From NCBI GenBank assembly GCA_020060775.1, contig JAGUZN010000220.1, positions 984 through 64,983 of the forward strand: 64,000 bases of DNA. The letters run 5' to 3'. Position 1 is the first letter of the stretch; each line of letters opens with the position of its first letter. The translations under genes and the position numbers were made by a program. Of this stretch, positions 8,928 to 18,136 are shown piece after piece. Below the pieces are notes generated by a model that was not told where the DNA came from, did not search any database, and saw only the letters and a program-made list of their open reading frames with translations. This DNA is from Armatimonadota bacterium. Lineage in GTDB: Bacteria > Armatimonadota > Hebobacteria > CAIYQO01.

Positions 8928-8964
8928 GCAACCCGGCGTTTGCTAGAGTGGAAGAATGGGAAGC

Positions 8965-9144
8965 TTGACAATCCAAGCTGAAGAGCGTATCGTTTCACCA
9001 TATTAATGCATACCTCAACTATGTCCGAGATGCATATCGCCGTCTGCATTACCTGGGAGACATAACCGTCGCATCCGGGCACGCTGCGCTTTTTTCACCT
9101 CTTCCCGGATGCCGGGAAGGGGTTTTCTTTTTCAGGGGGTCCGT
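8965..9144 (+). promoter_or_regulatory. Leader cassette X1: promoter, 19-codon uORF and intrinsic terminator upstream of a nucleotidyltransferase gene
   Basis: TTGACA 8965-8970, 17-nt spacer, TATCGT 8988-8993. uORF 9006-9065 encodes MHTSTMSEMHIAVCITWET*. Terminator at 9098-9132. Blocks CCGTCTG, TGGG, ATAACCGTCG, CCGGG and the terminator are shared with the cassette at 22590-22769. Confidence 0.55.
9098..9132 (+). terminator. Rho-independent terminator / attenuator hairpin
   Basis: CCTCTTCCCGG-ATG-CCGGGAAGGGG forms an 11-bp stem with one G-U pair, followed by TTTTCTTTTT. Confidence 0.7.
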
Positions 9145-9939
9145 TTGATTGCGCTTCGAGGCGATACCCGCTTGTTGCCTTTGGTCTCATGGTGGCAGAC
9201 AGAAATCCATACCGTGTTAAGCGACAAGCTGCAAGCGGTGGTGCTGGGCGGCAGCACGGTGCTTGGCGATTTCCAGCCGGGGTGGAGCGATGTCGATGTC
9301 TGCGTGGTGCTGCGTACGCCGATCACGGAAGCCGAAGGCGCTGTTATCGGACAGGTGCACGACGCCATGCGTGCCCACTTCATCGACGGTGGGCAAGATG
9401 GCTGGCGATCAGGTCAGGCCATTGAAGGTGCCTATATCACCGGCGAGATGTTGCAGTATGGACACGCTGGCACCTGTTACGTCGCCGGCGGTAGCACGCG
9501 CTGGTGGGGTGTGAAAGATCCTATTTCGCCGTTCGACCGCCTGATATATGCCCAACACGGTTGCTGGTTGTTTGGTGAAGAAGTGCCTATTGCCCTGCCA
9601 GATGGAAAGGCTTTGCGGGCACAATCTATCCGCGATTCGCAGGAATTCATAAACCCACCAGCCGGGTGCCTGGAATCCGCCATCTGGCTGGCCGGCATCA
9701 TGCACTGGTTGTCCCGCACGCTGGTCTTCTGGCGGGATGGGGAACTGGTATCCAAAACCGCCGCGCTGGAGCGCGAGGTCGCCGCTGGTAGACCGCTGGC
9801 GAGCGCCTTCATCCTGCCCCTGGCCTTGCGGCGGGAGGGGAGTGCAGCGTGCCGGCAGCATGTTGATGATCTTCGGTATAATTACCAGGCGAATCTTGAT
9901 ACGGCTGTGCAGTCATTGGTCGAAGTCGGACTGCTGTAA
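9145..9939 (+). CDS. Nucleotidyltransferase-domain protein (aminoglycoside/small-molecule adenylyltransferase-like)
   Basis: VVLGGSTVLGDFQPGWSDVDVCVVL matches the GS-x(n)-D-x-D polymerase-beta-type NTase motif. The ATG at 9109 lies inside the terminator hairpin, so I moved the start to TTG 9145, 5 nt after AGGGGG. Confidence 0.6.
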   Translation: MIALRGDTRLLPLVSWWQTEIHTVLSDKLQAVVLGGSTVLGDFQPGWSDVDVCVVLRTPITEAEGAVIGQVHDAMRAHFIDGGQDGWRSGQAIEGAYITGEMLQYGHAGTCYVAGGSTRWWGVKDPISPFDRLIYAQHGCWLFGEEVPIALPDGKALRAQSIRDSQEFINPPAGCLESAIWLAGIMHWLSRTLVFWRDGELVSKTAALEREVAAGRPLASAFILPLALRREGSAACRQHVDDLRYNYQANLDTAVQSLVEVGLL

Positions 9940-9951
9940 TAGGGAGGCTAT

Positions 9952-10497
9952 ATGTCCGGATGGATCGAGACTATGAGCAACGTGCAACTGCTACACCCGA
10001 CCACTGATATTGAGCCGGAATACCGGGCGTTCATCGCCGAATTTATCGAGCAGCAGGAGCCAGAGATGTTTTATCGTCTGCCGGGAGACGACTTCGCTGA
10101 ATTCGTGGCGCAGTTGCACCGAGAGGCGCGAGGCGAGGGGCTGCCGGACTGGGCCGTGCCGCAAAATACCCTCTGGGCGGTGCGCGACGCACGGCTGGTT
10201 GGCGTGTTGAAGCTGCGCCATCGCCTCACCCCGGCGCTAGAGAGCCGTGGCGGGCACATCGGCTACTTCGTGCGTCCCTCGGCGCGCGGGCGCGGAATTG
10301 CCACCCGCATGCTGGCGATGGCGCTCGACAAGGCACGAGCCCTTGGCCTCACCCGCGTGCTACTCACCTGCGACATTGACAACCATGCCTCAGCCCGCGT
10401 AATGGTGAAGAACGGCGGCGTGCGCACCACCGACAGCGCGGACCCCGGCACCGGGTTGCCGCTGGCGCGATATTGGATCGATTTGGAGACAAGATGA
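9952..10497 (+). CDS. GNAT-family N-acetyltransferase
   Basis: GHIGYFVRPSARGRGIATRMLAMALDKARALG matches the acetyl-CoA-binding motif A (R/Q-x-x-G-x-G/A). Confidence 0.75.
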   Translation: MSGWIETMSNVQLLHPTTDIEPEYRAFIAEFIEQQEPEMFYRLPGDDFAEFVAQLHREARGEGLPDWAVPQNTLWAVRDARLVGVLKLRHRLTPALESRGGHIGYFVRPSARGRGIATRMLAMALDKARALGLTRVLLTCDIDNHASARVMVKNGGVRTTDSADPGTGLPLARYWIDLETR

Positions 10498-11126
10498 CGC
10501 AGACCCACTCGGCCATCCGCTGCACCCTCTTCGACTTCGCCGGCACGCTCAGCCCCACGCCGTACTTCTGGCCGCTGGGGGCCGACTTTTGCGCGGTGGT
10601 GACGGAGGCCATCTTTACCGGGGAGAACAAGGTACGCTGGGCCAGCCAGTGGTGCCGCGGTCAGCTCACTTCGTTGGATATCGCGAATTATCTCTCCGGG
10701 TTGACCGGTCTGTCGCCGGAACGCATCCTTACCGCATTAGACGAGGGCTGTGCCAAACTGCAGTTGCATCCGGCTATCTGGCGTTTTGCACAGGCTCAGC
10801 GGGCGCAGGGACGGCGTACTGCGCTGGTGACAATCAACATGGACGTCTTCACCCGCGTCGTCGCCCCCGCGCACGGCTTTAACCGGGTGTTCGATGTGGT
10901 GGTGAACTCGGCGGACTACGGCACGGAGGAGAAGAACGCGCTGTGCGAGATTGCCTTCGGTCAGTTGGATGGCTGCACCTTCGAGAACAGCCTGCTTATC
11001 GATGATATGCCAAAGTGTCTGGACGCCTTTCGGGCATGCGGGGGGATGGCGTACCAGTATACGACGGATGAGGCGTTTGCAGAATGGGCGCAAACTCTGG
11101 AGGAGAGTGGATATGTCCTGGCCTAA
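10494..11126 (+). CDS. HAD-superfamily hydrolase
   Basis: ATGA overlap with the GNAT stop. N-terminal CTLFDFAGTL is a DxxxT-type motif I, and a late LLIDDMP motif is present. Confidence 0.55.
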   Translation: MTQTHSAIRCTLFDFAGTLSPTPYFWPLGADFCAVVTEAIFTGENKVRWASQWCRGQLTSLDIANYLSGLTGLSPERILTALDEGCAKLQLHPAIWRFAQAQRAQGRRTALVTINMDVFTRVVAPAHGFNRVFDVVVNSADYGTEEKNALCEIAFGQLDGCTFENSLLIDDMPKCLDAFRACGGMAYQYTTDEAFAEWAQTLEESGYVLA

Positions 11127-11805
11127 AGCACTATTGCTGGATTTCTACGGGACGGTGGTACTGGATGACGATGCAGCGTTGACCGCTATTTGTGAAAAAG
11201 TGGCCTTGGTTGCCGCGCAGGACGTGTCAGCCAAAGACGTCGCCTCCTACTGGTGGAGGCAGTTTACCGAACTCTTCCAACAAAGTCACGGTGACGAATT
11301 TCGAACGCAAGTGGAACTCGACATTCTCTCCCTCGAGCGGGTACTGGACCATTTCTGTGCACCACTTGATGCCAAGGCGCTAATCTCACCGCTCTTTACG
11401 TACTGGGAAACACCGGAAATGTGGCCGGAAGCGCGTGAAGTATTAGAGCAATGTGATCTGCCAATTTGCCTGGTCTCGAACATCGACAATGCAGAACTCG
11501 CTATCGCGCTACAGAGGAACAATCTCACCTTTCAGTATATCGTCACCAGCGAGGATTGCCGCGCCTACAAGCCGCATCCGGCGCCTTTTATGCGCGCGCT
11601 GGAATTACTCGGATTGGAGCCACACGAGTTATTGCATGTAGGCGATTCGTTGACCAGTGACGTGCGGGGCGCACAGGCGCTGGGCATTCCGACGTTATGG
11701 ATTAACCGGACGGGGCGAAAGCTTCCGGAAGATTGTTCGCCTGAATATGTTGCGACTGATCTATATGGCCTACTTTCGGTATGCGTAACGGCGGTAACGC
11801 CATGA
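11113..11805 (+). CDS. HAD-superfamily hydrolase (haloacid dehalogenase-like)
   Basis: LLDFYGTVV (motif I), VSNID, YKPHPAPF and HVGDSLTSDVRGAQALG (motifs III/IV). Start taken at the internal ATG 11113. Confidence 0.7.
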   Translation: MSWPKALLLDFYGTVVLDDDAALTAICEKVALVAAQDVSAKDVASYWWRQFTELFQQSHGDEFRTQVELDILSLERVLDHFCAPLDAKALISPLFTYWETPEMWPEAREVLEQCDLPICLVSNIDNAELAIALQRNNLTFQYIVTSEDCRAYKPHPAPFMRALELLGLEPHELLHVGDSLTSDVRGAQALGIPTLWINRTGRKLPEDCSPEYVATDLYGLLSVCVTAVTP

Positions 11806-12647
11806 AGGTTGAACGGTTTGATGATCCTCACGCCTTTTGCGACCGGGTGCTCCCCCTGTTGCTGCGGCATGAGGCCGAGAACAACCTGATGATCAGCGTC
11901 GCTCTGCGCCTGGCAGACGGCACCGGCACGTGGGGTGATGCCCCACCCGTGCTGTATGCGGTGGAAGATGCCGGACAGATGATAGCTGCAGCGCTGCAGA
12001 CACCGCCGCATTACCTGCAACTGACGCGGATGGGGGAAGATGCGCTTGCGTGTCTCGTTGATGCGTTACGGGCTGGCAATCATGCACTGCCGGGCGTGTT
12101 GGGGCCCGTCGGGGTGGTAGAGACATTCGCAAAGCGCTGGGCAGATGGCCGTGAGCTACAGGCACAGGTTGAGAAAGGTATGGGCATCTACCAGTTGGAG
12201 CGTGTGGTACCGCCGGCGCATCCTGGCGGGCTACAGGCGTTAGCAACCGAAGACGATATCCCCCTGCTGCTGGAATGGCTGCGAGATTTCTTCCACGACA
12301 CCGGGCTCCCGGAGCAGGAGAACGAAGCGCTCATACGCAAGGCGCTGTCTGATGAACGCTTTTTTCTCTGGCAAGCTCCTGCCCCCGTCTCGCTGGCGGC
12401 CTGCTGCGGCCCGACGCCGCACGGCATGCGCATCAACTCCGTCTATACCCCGCCGGAGCAGCGGGGCAAGGGCTATGCCTCCGCCAACGTCGCCGCGCTC
12501 AGCCAGCACCTGCTGGACAACGGCTGCCTGTTCTGTTATCTGTTTACTGATCTCGACAACCCGACCTCGAACAGCATCTACCAGAAGATCGGGTACCGGC
12601 GGGTGTGCGAGTTTACGTCGGTGCGGTTTACCGATGTGCAGGGGTAA
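11802..12647 (+). CDS. GNAT-family acetyltransferase (two-domain type)
   Basis: ATGA overlap with the upstream stop. C-terminal YTPPEQRGKGYASANVAALSQHLLDNG is motif A. Confidence 0.65.
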   Translation: MKVERFDDPHAFCDRVLPLLLRHEAENNLMISVALRLADGTGTWGDAPPVLYAVEDAGQMIAAALQTPPHYLQLTRMGEDALACLVDALRAGNHALPGVLGPVGVVETFAKRWADGRELQAQVEKGMGIYQLERVVPPAHPGGLQALATEDDIPLLLEWLRDFFHDTGLPEQENEALIRKALSDERFFLWQAPAPVSLAACCGPTPHGMRINSVYTPPEQRGKGYASANVAALSQHLLDNGCLFCYLFTDLDNPTSNSIYQKIGYRRVCEFTSVRFTDVQG

Positions 12648-12686
12648 CGGATATTGCTTATCCCATCACGGGAAAGAATGTGTGAT

Positions 12687-14564
12687 ATGGAACGCTTCGC
12701 CCCGTATACCGAGAACATCCTTCGCATTGACCCGGCGCATCATGCGAAAGCTGCCTTGATTACGACCGGGAACCTGGACAACGCGTACCAGGAATACCGC
12801 CGTGATATTCAGCGGCGGACGCTCTGGTTGTGCCAGCACGGCCAGTGCGAACCCCGGTTCTTCGCTGGGGATGACGCTCATGCGCCGGCATGGGCGCCGT
12901 CTGATCGGTGGGTCGCCTATCTCTGCCGGGCGTCCGGCACGACACAACTCTGGGTCGCCCAGTCTGATGGTACGCAACCTCGTCAAGTGACAGCCTGGAT
13001 GCCGGACGAGGATAATGCGTTTCAAGGGGCACTGATCCTATGGACCCCCGATGAGCGCAGCATGGTCTTCACATCATCTACAGGAGATGGCATCCGTATC
13101 ACGGGGGTGGCGGTATCTGGTCGCGATCCATTTGTCGTTGCCGAACTCCCGTCACCGCAAGGCCATTTGTTGGGATGGGACCTCGATGCCACGCGATGCC
13201 TGGTCTCGACGAGAACGAGTATCGTGTCTCTCGCAGTCAAAAGCGGCACCTGCGAGACACGGTGCGCAGAACAGCATGATCATGCCTGGCTCGATCATGC
13301 TGGTGATCTCTGGCTTACCCGGATCATGGATCATGAACTCCATGTTGGCCTGGTTGCCGATGCCGGAATATGCGCATGGCAATGGACATTGCCATTTGAT
13401 ACGGTGGTCGACAACATCTATGCGTTCGATGCGCAACGGCGCGTGGTCTACCTGCTGCGCCATGCAGGAATGATGCGTCAGTTACTGGCATGGCACTTAC
13501 CCACGGGAGTCGTACGTGATTGCACGCCACCTGACACCGTGGTTGCGGCAGAATGTGAACGAGTTCCATCGCCAGCGATATACAGCAACGCTTGCTGGTT
13601 TTTCGCATCGACCTCAGTGCATGCGGCGGAAGTCTACCGCGTGACCCCTGACAGTGTCCCCATGAGAATGACCAGCCGGGTACCACAGATTCAGCCCGCC
13701 ACTCTGCCGGAAAGTCGGCGCATCACCTGGCAGAGTGCGGGGTGGGAGATCGAAGGCATCCTCGTGCTGCCGACCACCCAGCAGGAAGCTGCACCACCGT
13801 ACCCCACTGTCGTGTATTTGCACGGGGGGCCGGAACTTGAGGTGCAATATGCCTTTGAGACGCTGGCCAATCGTCGCGGGCAAAGTGCTGCGTATGACCT
13901 GGCCGCCGCAGGATTTGCCGTACTGTTGCCAAACGTCCGGGGCAGCCGCGGATACGGACGGGCTTTCATGGCCGAACTGGGAGATTACCACCTGTTTGAT
14001 CAGCCGTTCGCCGATGTCATGGCGGGGGTCGATACCTTGGTCGCTTCCGGGATTGCCGACCCGGCACGGTTGGGCATTTATGGATTCAGCTACGGCGCGG
14101 AGCTGGCCCTCTGGGCTATCGGTCACACCTCGCGCTTTGCCGGGGCTGTGGGTATCTGTGGGCGGTATGATCAGGAGCATCTTGCGCGCTGTTCCGGTGC
14201 CCCGTTTCACACCCTGAACGCGACACGATTAGGGGCCGCGGACCCCCAGGAGGTCTGGCAGAAGCCAGAGCTCTGGCAGCACCTGTCACCAATGCACCAT
14301 ATCGATAAGATACAAACGCCCGTGTTGTTAGTGGAAACAGCGGCGGAACGGCGTCCTGGCACGGAAGCGCAACCGCTACTGTCGGCGCTCCTGCAGCAGG
14401 GGGTCGAGTCGCACCTGCGGTATTATCCCGAGGCGTTTCATGGTGGAGGATGGCATCTCGGTTATCAGGAAGACTACTCGCGACGGTTGGTCGCCTGGTT
14501 CCGGCATATCCTGCTGGGGGAAGCATTGCCCGCAAGGTTTAGCGTGCAACAAGAGGGTATGTAA
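12687..14564 (+). CDS. S9-family serine peptidase (prolyl oligopeptidase / acylaminoacyl-peptidase-like) with an N-terminal beta-propeller region
   Basis: Nucleophile elbow GIYGFSYGAELAL (GxSxG) lies in the C-terminal alpha/beta-hydrolase part. VVYLHGGPE is also present. Start is uncertain between 12654 and 12687. Confidence 0.7.
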   Translation: MERFAPYTENILRIDPAHHAKAALITTGNLDNAYQEYRRDIQRRTLWLCQHGQCEPRFFAGDDAHAPAWAPSDRWVAYLCRASGTTQLWVAQSDGTQPRQVTAWMPDEDNAFQGALILWTPDERSMVFTSSTGDGIRITGVAVSGRDPFVVAELPSPQGHLLGWDLDATRCLVSTRTSIVSLAVKSGTCETRCAEQHDHAWLDHAGDLWLTRIMDHELHVGLVADAGICAWQWTLPFDTVVDNIYAFDAQRRVVYLLRHAGMMRQLLAWHLPTGVVRDCTPPDTVVAAECERVPSPAIYSNACWFFASTSVHAAEVYRVTPDSVPMRMTSRVPQIQPATLPESRRITWQSAGWEIEGILVLPTTQQEAAPPYPTVVYLHGGPELEVQYAFETLANRRGQSAAYDLAAAGFAVLLPNVRGSRGYGRAFMAELGDYHLFDQPFADVMAGVDTLVASGIADPARLGIYGFSYGAELALWAIGHTSRFAGAVGICGRYDQEHLARCSGAPFHTLNATRLGAADPQEVWQKPELWQHLSPMHHIDKIQTPVLLVETAAERRPGTEAQPLLSALLQQGVESHLRYYPEAFHGGGWHLGYQEDYSRRLVAWFRHILLGEALPARFSVQQEGM

Positions 14565-14642
14565 TGGCCTAGATAAGCGGTATGGCTCTCACCACATCGT
14601 GACGGGCCGGGTACAAGCATACCCGGCCCCCCCGATGACAGG

Positions 14643-15896
14643 TTACACCATCCGCACCAGCTTCCGCTGCTGGTTATCCCAACGCCATTCGGCTTGAGTA
14701 CCGTACAGGTGGACACCACCGAGCCAACGGTCGATGCCGTTGAGGGTGATCCAATCGGCCTGACCACGCATGACAGCTTCACCGTCGGAGGTAAGGGTAT
14801 ATGTTGTCTGAGTAATTGGCCAATCGCAGCGCGGAAGATCATGCGCGTGTTCGAGTCCACTGATAGTCAGAAGCGGATATTCGCGCGAAGCTAGCGGCTC
14901 GAGTTGATCAAATAGGTAGGAGAGACCGAAATAGGCAGGTTGCTCGAGGTCTGAGAGCCGGTGGAATATCTGATCATAACGATGATACCCATTGGCGACC
15001 AGTTCGAGGATCTCCTGCTCCATGCGATTCACCCCGTTTAGCAACGTGGGAAAGCGTTCCAGATGCTTCAGCAGCGCTGGGGCTAGATACGGGAGTGCAG
15101 AAGTGTCACCAGCAAGCACATGCTCAATCGAGGTCGGGTCCGCCGAACGGTAAGCCTGCCATGCTGCGACACCCAGGGTTGTTTGCACAGCGGACACCGG
15201 CTGTCGCTGCGGCAGCAAGCCGGCCAACTGCTCGTTGGATAGCTCACCCAGGCCATGGAAGACAGGTTTGCCCGGGTACTCGCCAATGCAGATGAGGCTG
15301 AGGGTAGTTCTGCCAAGCGTCTGGCGAGAGAACCAATCGAGTTGGCGGCAGAGCACGACCTGGTCGTATAAGCATGCGTCAAACCAGAGCACCACTTCCT
15401 GATACTCGGGAAACTCGGCTAATCGCCGGTCCATGTTCTGCAATGCCTGGATCGCCTGTGCGGGTGTCGGGAAGATTTCGGTGAGTTGCTGGGCACGCAA
15501 TTCCAGCCACTGCTGCTCCGTAACCCCGGAGGGAGTCGGCCCCTCGATCAGCGGGTCCAGCCAAGTCATGACGGTGCCAGGCACTCGGCTCTCGCGCAGA
15601 ACCAAGGCGGGCAGTTCGATGCAGAAGACGTGGAGATATCGCCGGGGGTCTTCCTGTTCGACATACTGCTTCAACGCACGCCAACTGGTGAAACCATAAT
15701 CTTGTGCAAGCGCAAATTGCATCTCCGTGAGTGTGACATCGGCTGATAGGATCTCATCCGGTGAGGCTGATGTAAATCGATGGAGATGCCGCAACACCGT
15801 ACAGACGGTCTGATCGCCCTGCTGGTGCGCGCGGAGGAGTGACTTGGCCTGCTTTTTGAGGTTTTCCAAGCTAGGCCGTGAAGGTAAGCTGGTCAT
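14643..15896 (-). CDS. Hypothetical protein (DUF1835/DUF3658-like layout)
   Basis: I trimmed the start to ATG 15896, which is preceded by AAAGGAGGT. N-terminal SLENLKKQAKSLLRAHQQGD helix motif, then YLHVFCIE..DPLIEGP. The family assignment is tentative. Confidence 0.4.
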   Translation of the reverse strand: MTSLPSRPSLENLKKQAKSLLRAHQQGDQTVCTVLRHLHRFTSASPDEILSADVTLTEMQFALAQDYGFTSWRALKQYVEQEDPRRYLHVFCIELPALVLRESRVPGTVMTWLDPLIEGPTPSGVTEQQWLELRAQQLTEIFPTPAQAIQALQNMDRRLAEFPEYQEVVLWFDACLYDQVVLCRQLDWFSRQTLGRTTLSLICIGEYPGKPVFHGLGELSNEQLAGLLPQRQPVSAVQTTLGVAAWQAYRSADPTSIEHVLAGDTSALPYLAPALLKHLERFPTLLNGVNRMEQEILELVANGYHRYDQIFHRLSDLEQPAYFGLSYLFDQLEPLASREYPLLTISGLEHAHDLPRCDWPITQTTYTLTSDGEAVMRGQADWITLNGIDRWLGGVHLYGTQAEWRWDNQQRKLVRMV

Positions 15897-16095
15897 ATGA
15901 CCTCCTTTCAACATTTGCCTGGCGTCTGCAATCACAGGCTGAAAGAAGGTGTCTTCATTCAGGGAACACGCATGGCAGGCTTGGCCCTTTCCGCAGACTG
16001 GAGGTGCCCATGACACACCTCTGTGGAGTATAATCAGTTGAACAGGTGCTGTCAACGGCAAGCGACAGCCGACAGCCTTTTCGAGGGAAGACCCG

Positions 16096-16941
16096 ATGCA
16101 CGCAGTGACTTATCACATCGCTCCGCCAAGCTGGACACACGAAGACCCGAATCCCTTCACTGCCGACGGCAGCTACGGGCCGGGTTGGAGCTGCTTTCGC
16201 ATTCGTGAGGAGACAGATAGCCGTGGGTGGAATGGTCGAGGAACAAACGGCCTTTTTGCCTATGTGGTGGGTCGCGGATGGAAGCGCAATCTGGCCGCTG
16301 ATCTGGCTGACTTCATCCGCTATGAATCCATCTACGGGCGGCAGTGCATCATCAGCGTGCCGGCAGATATGGGGTGCACCTTCGTCGAGCGAGCATTGGC
16401 TGAGACGCCGGACTGGTCGGTGGTGCGCCCGGATGACCCGAAATGGCTGGTGCATTCCACCACCGTACAGGGGTGGGCGGCCATTCAAGCCTGCGGCGAG
16501 TTGCGTGCGCAGGCCCGCTTGCGCCGAGAAGGTGTCGTCATGCCCAACCTGGGCGGCGACTGGCTGGGAGAGCCGGCGGATTACGCCGACTACATCATCC
16601 TGGCGACCGCTGGCGCCATGGCTCCCGAGTTCGTAGTGGCTTCCCGCAACGCCAACCGACTGCACACCGAACCGGACACCCCCTACACGCCGGGAGCGCG
16701 TCTCTTCTTCGACGGGCACCAGATGATTCGCGACGGCTTGATCGTCCGCGACGGCCTGCATGGGGCCAAGGTATACGACCATCTGCCACTCGATCCCTAC
16801 TTGGTCGCTGCGGTGACGTCACACGACCTTGACCCCGAGGGGGAAGTCACCGCCTGGACGCCAAAGTCATTCTGCTTAGCGGCGCTGGAATATTTTTCGT
16901 CGGTTGTGGGGGAGCCAGTGCCGTATGAGCATTGGGCGTGA
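16096..16941 (+). CDS. Hypothetical protein
   Basis: 281-aa ORF with coding-like composition in a co-directional context. No confident motif. Confidence 0.45.
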   Translation: MHAVTYHIAPPSWTHEDPNPFTADGSYGPGWSCFRIREETDSRGWNGRGTNGLFAYVVGRGWKRNLAADLADFIRYESIYGRQCIISVPADMGCTFVERALAETPDWSVVRPDDPKWLVHSTTVQGWAAIQACGELRAQARLRREGVVMPNLGGDWLGEPADYADYIILATAGAMAPEFVVASRNANRLHTEPDTPYTPGARLFFDGHQMIRDGLIVRDGLHGAKVYDHLPLDPYLVAAVTSHDLDPEGEVTAWTPKSFCLAALEYFSSVVGEPVPYEHWA

Positions 16942-16962
16942 TATTGAAGGCGGAGAGATCGC

Positions 16963-18009
16963 ATGCGGCAGACACCCTTCACACAGGAACAATGGGCCGA
17001 CATCCTGCAGCGAGTGGTGGGATGGACCGATACCCGCGTGACAACGATTGACGTATTACGGGGGCAACACCCGCCGTATACGTGTCGGCTGTCGCTCGTC
17101 GGGAGTCAGGCACCATGTCCGATCATTGCCAAGGTCGCCGTTCCCTATGGCCCGCGACCGGCGGATGTGGAAGGCCTGCTCCATGCGTGGTTGCTCGCCG
17201 TAGGGGCGCCGTTGCCGCGGCTGTTGTGGCATGGCATGATTGCTAATGACATGGCGCTGGTGTTGCTCGACGATCTCGCCATAACGCACCGACTGCACAC
17301 CCACGAACACCTGTGGTCGCCGGACGAGATACGCGCCGTAATGTCGGCCACGGCGCAATTCCATGCCGCCGGGATGCGCTTGCCTCTTGCGCAGCTGCGC
17401 CACCGGCATCCCTGGCTCGTGCCGGCCTCCTCGATATGGAGCTCCTGGTTGCCGGATATTTGCGCGCGCGCATCACGGCCGCCGTTACGGGTCACCGACC
17501 CCCATTCCCTGGAAGCGTTGCAGCGGCTGCATGACTGGATGCAGCGGTATCGCACACCACTCACTGCATGGGAAACGATCATCCATGCGGACATCTTTTG
17601 GGGCAATGTGGCACTCTATGATACGGTTGATGGTGTGCAGGCCACCCTCCTCGATCTCGGTTCGGCATCGATTGGACTTCCTCAGTATGACGCCGTTTAT
17701 CTCAGGCTGCGTGGTGGTTTCCCCACTGATGCCGGCGATGACATCTGGCCACACAGTGATCGCTGGTATGAAGACGTGCTGCGTCCGCTGCTCCCAGCGC
17801 GACACACGGATGGGCCGTCCTGGGACGTGGCACAGGCTGTTGCCGAGGTGCAAATGAATCTGGAATGGCATGCCCATATTATCGCACTGCTCGATAAAGG
17901 CGATCAGGCCACCCTACAAGACCGGGATCTCCTCGCCAGGCAAGTGCGCGGCCCGTTATTCGGTGAGACATTCATACACCTGTGCCAGCGACTTTTTACA
18001 TTTGTATAA
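16963..18009 (+). CDS. Phosphotransferase-family (APH/choline-kinase-like) protein
   Basis: Brenner motif IIHADIFWGNVAL (HxDxxxxN) followed by LLDLGSASIG (Mg-binding D). Confidence 0.7.
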   Translation: MRQTPFTQEQWADILQRVVGWTDTRVTTIDVLRGQHPPYTCRLSLVGSQAPCPIIAKVAVPYGPRPADVEGLLHAWLLAVGAPLPRLLWHGMIANDMALVLLDDLAITHRLHTHEHLWSPDEIRAVMSATAQFHAAGMRLPLAQLRHRHPWLVPASSIWSSWLPDICARASRPPLRVTDPHSLEALQRLHDWMQRYRTPLTAWETIIHADIFWGNVALYDTVDGVQATLLDLGSASIGLPQYDAVYLRLRGGFPTDAGDDIWPHSDRWYEDVLRPLLPARHTDGPSWDVAQAVAEVQMNLEWHAHIIALLDKGDQATLQDRDLLARQVRGPLFGETFIHLCQRLFTFV

Positions 18010-18136
18010 TGCGAGATTGAGAGCATGATGTCGTGAATCTCACGCAGAGTTGCGGGAGACGAAGCGAGAGCGGGAACGATAAAGACTTGTGTCCTGCGTC
18101 ATGGTTATTACGCGATCATGCTCTCGAATGCCAGGG

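Noticed and set aside
16096-16941. Possible ADP-ribosyltransferase-like signature (WLVHSTT .. APEFVV, an H-x-T .. E pattern as in DarT/Tpt1-type folds) in the 281-aa hypothetical protein
   Set aside because: Only two short, low-information matches were seen by eye. Spacing and the remaining fold elements cannot be verified without profile or structure tools, so I left it as hypothetical.
18019-18125. 11-bp perfect inverted repeat (GAGAGCATGAT at 18019-18029 and ATCATGCTCTC at 18115-18125) between the convergent kinase-like gene and leuS, considered as a bidirectional terminator
   Set aside because: The arms are separated by 85 nt and lack U/A tracts. I could not find supporting inner pairing, so this may be chance or a protein-binding site.
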